This document shows, one piece after another, positions 55,690-64,000 of a DNA stretch of 64,000 nucleotides (positions are counted from its first letter, which is position 1; every line of letters starts with the position of its first letter). The notes under the pieces are model-generated. The model was not told where the DNA came from. It did no database searches and was given only the letters and a program-made list of their open reading frames with translations. The position numbers were made by a program, and so were the translations under genes. This DNA is from Raillietiella orientalis (taxonomy: Eukaryota): assembly GCA_036172245.1 (NCBI GenBank), contig JAYWIR010000002.1:5332001-5396000 (forward strand), given 5' to 3'.

Positions 55690-57300
55690 CGCCTCACAGG
55701 GATCCTCATGAGGGCGGAATGCGCCAACTTCGCCACTCGGAAGAGGAAGGGAGAGGAAGAGGAAAGGCCATTCGACATGCGCGGAGATATTCATATGTCT
55801 TGCTTCTTCTGAAGCTGACAGTGAGTTTTTGAAGGAGCAAACAATATTAAGTATGGTCAATCGTCTTCGCACTGGATAACAGGTCTGATTGAAGCTTGGA
55901 GTTCATTCCAGAAACAGACTGTCGTAGACAACGGACTCTTAAAGTCTCCAGGTAGCCCTCTCATCCGGACCACAAGTTCGTTCTGTGGTTATCGTATCAA
56001 ATTACTCATGCAGTAACACAGGATGTACTTGAGACTTTCTTCGCATATCATACACATTCTGCACATCCAGTCTACTCCATCTCTGGTTGATATTGATCTC
56101 ATAAGCAATAGAGCCATGATGTGTGGATGCATATGTAATCCCAAGACCTCAAATATCACTACTAAATTTTCCATGCAGTCACACAGGAGCATTTATTCAA
56201 AAAATAATGATCAAGCAATTTGGAAACGCGATTTCCAAAGGAAGACAAAAAGACATTTAAGGGGGGAGGGGATTAGTACACCCCACTAAATGAAAATTCT
56301 TCCAACACAGGATATGATCTTTTCGTAGTCGGACTTTTTTCCAAAAATCATTCCTTGCATTGCTAGGACTGAGTCTGGAGGTGATTTTCCCTTTCATGTG
56401 CTAGTCGATAATTGATTTCTCTACGGTGTTTCAGTTCATTCTGATCAGGATTTCGCTTTATTATAGCCAACTTTATTCAAGAGTTCAGCAGATTATCTTT
56501 TTTCTTCAATTTTTATGTTATTGAAAGTGAGTGGGTTCCATCAGCTGTCATGAATGAGTCGATTACCGTGCATTTTCCGACAAACCAGAAGCAGAATGTT
56601 TAAAAATGATTCAATAGCTCGATGTTTACAGAGATTGCCTTCTTCTCTTGAAGTGCAATAATGAAACTTCCTCATTTTCATGAAAAATTTCTCTGAAGAG
56701 TCAATGCTAATACGAGCAAACTGACAGGTTTATTAAAAAGCATTATAGACAATTTTCTTGAATCACGCTGCATTAGGCAATGCTAAAGTAAATCCTTAGA
56801 GAAAAATATTTTAAAGTATCATTGTTAAACTTCATTATTACGTTTACTATTAAGATATCCGATATGCATTTGAATGTGATTTGTTTGTATTGATTTGTTG
56901 TTTCCGTCATTTTTCAAATCAAAATCTTAAAGCTTGCTACAGGATAAAGAAAAACACACACCCTTGCTACCAAATTTGTGCTACTGCTCACCGCATGTGA
57001 GCCTCTAGGTATTTAGTCCAGTCCTTCAACTGGACCACTGAGCATGAAGTCAGTAATGCATTTCATCTGGGCAATCCTGTTACTTCCGCATGCCTGTCAC
57101 CACATGGCATGTAGAAGTGCATGCAAGAAAACCTAAAACGGTTCAAGGTAAAAAATGTGGTCATGCAGTTATCTTATGGGTTGCCCAGTTACAGAAGTGC
57201 ACTTAACAAGATCATTTGGTAAACGTTCAATAAAAGCACCTCATTCGGATTAAAAAGAATAAAGCTGTTTCTCATTCATGTGTGTGTAAAGAGTTCATTG
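55690..57300 (-). mobile_element. Decayed RLE-type non-LTR retrotransposon remnant (NeSL/Utopia-like)
   Basis: CRMCMICEESLKYILCYC (CRxC...ETxxHILxxC knuckle) is followed by IRP, TILNIVCSFKNSLSASEEAR (RPD...IIDVTxPFEN...AR) and SGEVGAFRPHE (VGxLGxWxPxN), in the canonical order of the restriction-like endonuclease domain. Upstream limit uncertain. Confidence 0.6.
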
Positions 57301-57969
57301 GAAGCGAGAGGAATACCTTTTGAGGTTAAGGAATTTTACACACATGAACTGGTACCATACGAATTTGTCTTTTACAGCAAATTTAAAATGTCCGGGATAG
57401 CATTTCAAAGATCTATTAGTTTTTTCTTTAAGTACGAGAAAGTATTGCATGTTTTACTTGATGTTAATACATCCTTTATACGGTCTAGATGGAGTTCAGC
57501 AATTGATTTTTAAATATCAAAGTGCGTGCGATGTACGCACCAAAGCATTTTATCAGTAAGATTAATACACCAGTGTTGTGGAATGTGTGTGATTGTGTTT
57601 GTGTTGGTAATATTTTTGAAAAATATGATCCGTACAGATCAAGGTGAATAAAGTGAATAACATTTGATAGAATACAAAGGGAAATATAACAGCGTTATTG
57701 GTGCATTAACGGGTTTATCGAAGGTTCACTTGTACAGTGATTCCAATAAGTAGGCAGCATGAAATTATTTTCTTCGAGAGAGATTTCAAAAACAACCATG
57801 TACTTTTTAAACTGACCCGTGGTATTGCACTTTATAAATTGATGAAGGGACTTATTAAACGAAAGTATAATTAAAGTTCAAAAATAAATTTTAAGCCACT
57901 AGTCGGATCATTTATGGCCAAAGTATTTTGCATGATAGAGTGACTATTTTTATAACTGGATGGCTAAAC

Positions 57970-60302
57970 ATGAGTAAATTTTCCAAATCCATTCTCGTAT
58001 TGTATGGCTCTCAGAATGGGCATGCAAAGACAATATCCCATTCGATATTTTGCTCTGTGTTGAAACTTCCAGTTAGAGCAGAGATCCAAGAACTGGATAT
58101 GATTGATATCAAAGTAGGTAATATATACAGCCCAGAACTTATCTGCACCTAAACAGTATACACTTGAACGAGAATCTTTAATTGTAATTGTTACTTCTAC
58201 AACTGGGCAGGGGGAACCACCAGACAATGCAAAACGATTTTGGAAAAAAATCAACAGCAATTTGCCAAGTGATTTTCTAAAATGCTGCAATTACACATTA
58301 CTTGGTGAGCATAATAATTATTTCAAGAGAATATTTGAAAATTTAAGGATTAGGAAATAGTAATTATGCTAATTTCTGTAATTGTGGTAAAATGTTTGAT
58401 GAGAGACTATGTGAATTAGGTGCAAAACGGTTTTTTCCCTGTTCATGGGCAGATGATGCAATAGGGTGAGAAAACTAGTCATTTACCAATATCCTAGAAA
58501 TGCATTGTTTAGATTGGAAATAACTGTAGATACATGGATTAAAGAAATGATGGCTAATCTTGCAAGATATGTGGAAAGTAATTCTGAATTTGAGGAGAAA
58601 CTTGAAGACAAATTAAATTGTTTATCTTTAAAAAATGAAAATGCCAAAGATTCGAAACAAAAAAGAAATCCTGCCCTGCACCATAAGGCAACATTGTTGA
58701 CACAGAATTTCTTGAATCTAGAATTCTGTGATGCTGAACTAGTAAGAATACTGGCTTAATTAATGGTGTTTTAAGTACAAAGTATAGGAAGTGCCTTCTG
58801 CTACTGAACACTGCACAACCAGAAAGTATCCTTTCCAAAGCACTTCAGTATATGCAGCTGAAATCTGTTCTCATCAGATTTTAAGTTCAGGGGATAATGT
58901 CAAAAAATACCTAGAAATCACCCTGGCCATCAAGGTATGTGAGAATGCAACTGTGCAACTGTGTGAGCTATTATTTAAGGATGCTGATTTTCATTATGAA
59001 CCAGGCCAAACTTTTGGTATTCTTTGTCAAAATAATGCTGAAGAAGTCAACTGGCTTTTATCAGTTTTAAAACTGTATGATGTTGCTGATGTCCCATATA
59101 AGTTAACAAGTAACACTGAAGGTAAAAGTGTCCCAGAACACTTACCAACTGAAGGTACTCTACGTGCAACACTTACCTGTTGTTGCCAGTTGAGGTTTTA
59201 CCCTCGAAAAGTGAGTTCTTTAACTAGTACTAGAACATGGTTGTTGCCTGCAGCAAGTATTAGCATTTTTATCTAGGTATATGGAAAATGCTGAACATAA
59301 ACAACAGCTTGAGAATTGGAGTGGCAGAGAAGGTAGCACAAGTTATTATAAAGAAGTATTGCAACAGGGTCTCACATTCCTGGACATTTTGGCTATGTTT
59401 CCATCATGTCGAGTTCCTGCAGCTGCTTTGCTAGAAATATTGCCTCCACTTCTTCCTCGACCATACTCAGCAGCATCATCTCCACTGTGTAACAACAGTA
59501 GAATCACGTTCATGTTCAGTGTTATCCAGTTGGATTGCCCTGTACTTGGGCCACCACCTAGAAAAGGAGTGTGTACGCAATGGATGGAAGAAAAGTGTTC
59601 TTTTAATGCCAGGGACACTTCTCCAGTGCTACATTTGTTTGGTCGTTTTCTCACGAAATTCCAGCTTCCCAAAGAAAATATTCCTATAATAATGGTTGCA
59701 ACAGGTGCAGGTCTTGCTCCTTTTCGAGGCTTCATTTGGCAAAGGTTAAAAATGCCATGAGAGAAAAATTTTGTAACAGTTTCCTAGGTATCAACAGCTG
59801 AAGGCTGGCATACTGATCGGAGACATGCTTCTCTTTTTTGGCTGTCGGTACAAGAATCGGGACGAATTGTATCAGTAGGTAGCTAAGAGTGAAATCTCAC
59901 AATACTTTTATTAGAGAGGAGCTACAGTCACTAATGGCAGAAATGCCTAGTTTAACAATTCATAAGTGCTTTTCAAGGGAAACAACATCAGATGTGACAT
60001 ATGTTCAGGTTGGTAAACATAATCAAGTGAGAAGTATTACACATTACAGTAGAATAGTGTGCAGCTACATGCAGATGCCTGCAGACATCTGCTTCACATG
60101 AGAGGTCAAGTATATGTTTGTGGAAGCAATTCAGTGTTGAAGAATGTACGACAGGCTTTTTCCAAAATCTTGGATGAAGGTATACTGTGATTAGAAAAAC
60201 GAAGTTGTCATAGATTAGGTGACTGTAGAATCTGGAGAACAGCAGCAAACCTTGATGCAGTTGATTTCTCAAAATCGCTATTTGGAAGATGTGTGGACAT
60301 GA
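57970..60302 (+). CDS. MTRR: Methionine synthase reductase (diflavin reductase), multi-exon
   Basis: ILVLYGSQNGHAKTI, TSTTGQGEPPDNAKRFWKKI, LLGLGNSNYANFCNCGKMFDERLCELGA...WADDAIGLEITVDTWI, YEPGQTFGILCQN, LPPLLPRPYSAASSP, GVCTQW, PIIMVATGAGLAPFRGF, LFFGCR, YVCG and RYLEDVWT*. The ADDxxGLE motif and GVCT favour MTRR over POR/NDOR1. Ten GT-AG introns of about 40-47 nt. Confidence 0.92.
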
Positions 60303-60313
60303 TTTAAACATGG

Positions 60314-60319
60314 AATAAA
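60314..60319 (+). promoter_or_regulatory. Probable MTRR polyadenylation signal AATAAA
   Basis: Lies 11 nt after the TGA stop. Confidence 0.55.
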
Positions 60320-60418
60320 TGTTTCGGAAATTTTGGTCTTTCAGAAATCAGTACTCAATGCCTCAAAATTTACTTTCATGTTTGATTTATTGTTTTTACT
60401 CTTTTCTTAAGTGGCACT

Positions 60419-63400
60419 CTAAGAGGTAGCTAGCATGGTTCTATTAGTGGAAACATAAGAGTGTTTGTTACACGTCCATGAACGAGGAACAAAAAAATCC
60501 ACAATCGGTATCTAAAGCAGAAATTAAATTTTCTTGTTATAAAACTGTATGCTGACCTTATGTGGTGGGCAGTTGATGCGAGCATACAGTTCCAGACTGT
60601 ACACAGTCAGTAAAAGACCTGTGCCAATGAACAAACTCAACCACATAAGAACATTCCAGTTCCGGTGACGAGCTCTTAAAAATGTAAGAGAAGCTAACCA
60701 GAAAACATCCCAAAGTAAACATGGAAAATAAACTTACCTCCAATGCCACCAAACAAAAATAAGAGAACAGGATAGAAGAATCGGAATGAAGAGGCTAATA
60801 TGTACTCATGGAAGGCTGCAGACATAATGAAGACACCTAATGTAGCACCAACACGACCCAAGCCTGGGCTGAACTCACAAAGATCTTTGTATACATAAGC
60901 ATATAGCCAATCATGTACTACAACATTCCATGTACGATAAAAATTGGCATAATTAGTCGAGTTCCACCAATCCTGTTGATTTTTTTTTTAGTTACATTCT
61001 AAATAAAGTACAATACCTTATAAAACATTCTATCAGAAAAATGCAACATTTCAGCAAATGCATTTAACCACGAATGCAAAACAGCAAAGAAGGCACAAAG
61101 AAGACACAAAGTGCCTGGCAAAGTACATGTAAATACTGACAGCACAAAATCTTTCCATGTAAATGGCTTCTGTCCAAACTGGTGAAATGCAGGGATGCAA
61201 AAATGTACAAACAAGAAGTTGGTATAAAAGATGCAGCCTGTCACTTGCAGCAAATTCGAAACAACGTAATTCCAATTTACAGTGGACGTTCTAGCAAGAA
61301 GCATATTAAAATATGGAAAACTAAATTTGTGCGGACCTAGGATAACTGTCTCTATATACCAAGGTGGGTGCAAACAAAAAATATAGGAAATGAGAAAAGT
61401 CGATTGCTGGATGAGAATCCTTATCAGTTATCTGGAATGAGCGCACAACAGGAACTTTAGATCTGATGAATGCATGCACCTTCATTAGCATGCGCACCTG
61501 GATTGATGAAAAGAACTTCAAATGTTCAAATAAATCAGAAACTTACTTGTTCGCATAAAATGATGAAAGAAGAAACTGGAGGAAGATCGGTATCCAAGAT
61601 TTCCTTTAGTGGATACCAGATGAAGGCCACTATATAACTTAAATAAACAAACAGCCATGATGCATCCCACAAATCTAGATATAAGAAAAATCTCAATTAC
61701 TACCAAATGAAAACTCGAGATCTCTGTTGTGTATGCACTCAACACTACAATGAAAACTATTTCACTTACCTGCATGCATCTGATGTCTAGTTGCTGCCCA
61801 GAAACAAAATACGGGAAAGGTTAGTATCGTAGATATGAGCATGCAACTCCACAACGTGATGGTAACATGTGGTTTCCCAAATGTCCAAGTTATAAGAGAG
61901 AAATCCAGAGACAATCTAGTCTAATCCACTACAGGAATCTCAATTCCCTTTCATACTTTCCACTTTCCAGAAAGTCCTGCACAATAGTTTTCAGAAATAA
62001 GAGCATAAAAATGGCAGTAAAGATGTTATAGATGGATTTGACGTGATTTATGAGCAGCAAATCAGTTAGGAGAGAAGTACGAGGCCGGAATACTTTATCT
62101 GGTAATTGATTTTTAGCAGTTTTCCTGAAGAAAATAAATCAAATGAAAAGCTCATCTGAATCTGCAAATGTGCAGTTCTAAAACAAATGATCCCCAAATA
62201 GACTTTATATTTTACGAACGACTGTTTAATATACAATGTTCTCAACTAATGACAAAGCATAATACACTCATTTCACTTGTCTGTTTCACATTTCTTTGGA
62301 TTTAATCACAACCTTTCTTCTTTTTTTGATGCTAAAAGTCTTTCACAATAATTCAGGTTCTCATTAAGAAGTAAATGCGGTTTTAAGATGCAAGAAATTG
62401 AAAACATGAAAAATTGAAAAGAAGCAAAATTATACCATGTATCTATTTGATGTTCATTTTATTCCAGTCTCATTCCTCATTAATAATAGGAACAGGAACC
62501 ATTTTTTTTCTTGTCATGTAAATGAGTTGACATCAGTAGATATTGATAAATACGGAATCCATATCAAGCTAAAACCTAAAACAATTCTTTAAGTTGTACT
62601 ACTACTAATGCTGATTAAAAGGTGCTAACATGTAAAGCCAAGCTGCCACAAAATCTATACCACAAGTACCACATAGCTGCTTAATAAAACAACTGAAACA
62701 AAGTACAGCACAATTATTCTAGCTGGATGCACAGCAAATTTTGGCAATTCTAAGCATGAACATGCAACTGAAAGCAGAAGCCTTACTGACAATGTGCTAT
62801 GAGAGCAATCATCATCAATGAAACAGATATCTTCTTCCTTTCTCATGGAAAGACGAATAAAGGTATCAAAAAACAACAGATCAGCCACAATGATAGAATT
62901 TCCTTTAAAAAATGCTCCTTAGAATAAAAATTCCTCCTAATAAACACAATGAAGCTAATGGCTTTGAAATCTTAAAATAATAATATCATTTTTTTGGTAA
63001 ATACCAACTGTTCTTAAATTTGCATTTGGAGAACTACAGCACAATAGCACTCAAATTCTGTAGATTATTCCATAAATGGTATATATGCCTACATATTGCC
63101 TATTATACATATGCCTACATATTCTTCCCATTCCATAATCACATTCAGGAATTCCATTTTTTGATTTATTTTCAAATTAACAATACCTAACAATGATCAA
63201 TCTTAAACATTATACTCCATTATAAGAAGACTGCTATTTTAAAATCTACGTTTTCAAGCACAAAACTGAACCTGATGTCTGTGGCAAAAAATAGAAAAAA
63301 AACTAAACTTGTAGTTTAGGACAAGATGATGATAGGACATCAGTTTGAGCAATAAATGTGAGTGAACAAATATTGACAAATAAAACTGCACAAACATTGC

Positions 63401-63431
63401 AAATACTTACTCGTTTCCAGAATCACTTATG
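60419..63431 (-). CDS. SOAT1: Sterol O-acyltransferase (ACAT/SOAT, MBOAT family), multi-exon; 5' exons unresolved and may extend beyond the window
   Basis: [14 protein letters not shown]...[94 protein letters not shown] (catalytic His) and VPRSWTC...* (TAG 60419-60421). The secure exons lie in 60419-62124. A phase-compatible 21-nt microexon at 63411-63431 is tentative. Confidence 0.92.
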
Positions 63432-64000
63432 CTAATTTTAATAAATTCGGGTATGACACACAAACACAGGATGTTATGCAATTAAATGTCATCATTTGTG
63501 AATAATTGAGAAGTAGGAGGAAAGATGAAAACCACGTAAATCTATGTACACAAGTGTAAGTAACAACTTAATCACTGTTGTACTGATTAAAAAAAGAATG
63601 CATGCCCAAGAACTCTGAGTAAAATGTTTCCTTAGGGTGAAAATATCAGTTTTGTTTTCTGTAAGAACTCTTCAAGGATTTAAAAATAAGTTGAAAAATT
63701 TCAGGTCATTGAGAGTAAAACATGCCAATCAGAATGCAAGTGAATTTCTAACAAATAAGGATATATTCATGAGGAAACTACAGTGAATAAACCAAAATGA
63801 AACAAGTGAAAGTACTTGGTTTACAAAGGCTTCTTCACAGTGCCAACCATTACAAACAAATTACTAACAGTGTCCCCCCCAAAACATATGCTCCTTCAAC
63901 TATTGGGTCTCTAAAATTCATAAGGACAATTAATAACTAAACCAAACAACAAATACTGGGATGCATCAAAACCTCTGGCAGGAAGCTGCATAGCAGATTG

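Noticed and set aside
37900..55900. Dozens of 100-390 aa ORFs on both strands
   Set aside because: They are Arg/Pro/Gly/Ser-rich, overlap in all frames and are expected from stop-codon scarcity at high GC. The only recognisable content is frameshifted retrotransposon and DEG/ENaC remnants.

Overview
Eukaryotic (animal-like) genomic DNA with very short spliceosomal introns (mostly about 40-55 nt). Five intron-containing housekeeping genes can be reconstructed by eye: DNA polymerase alpha catalytic subunit (POLA1, -), VAC14 (-), an ALDH3-family fatty aldehyde dehydrogenase (+), methionine synthase reductase (MTRR, +) and a sterol O-acyltransferase (SOAT/ACAT, -, 5' end unresolved). A near-intact but disabled L1/Tx1-clade non-LTR retrotransposon occupies about 0.7-4.8 kb. 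A sharply GC-rich island (about 38-55.7 kb) holds about seven decayed fragments of the same Tx1-like lineage and a DEG/ENaC channel pseudogene. It is bordered by a BEL/Pao-like remnant on the left and an RLE-type (NeSL/Utopia-like) remnant on the right. The most distinctive signal is a roughly 30-nt 3'-terminal module (polyadenylation hexamer plus GC hairpin with a variable loop) shared by five otherwise highly diverged Tx1-like copies. Most ORFs in the supplied track are spurious. Boundaries of decayed elements are approximate, and all homology calls are motif recognition by eye, not database searches.
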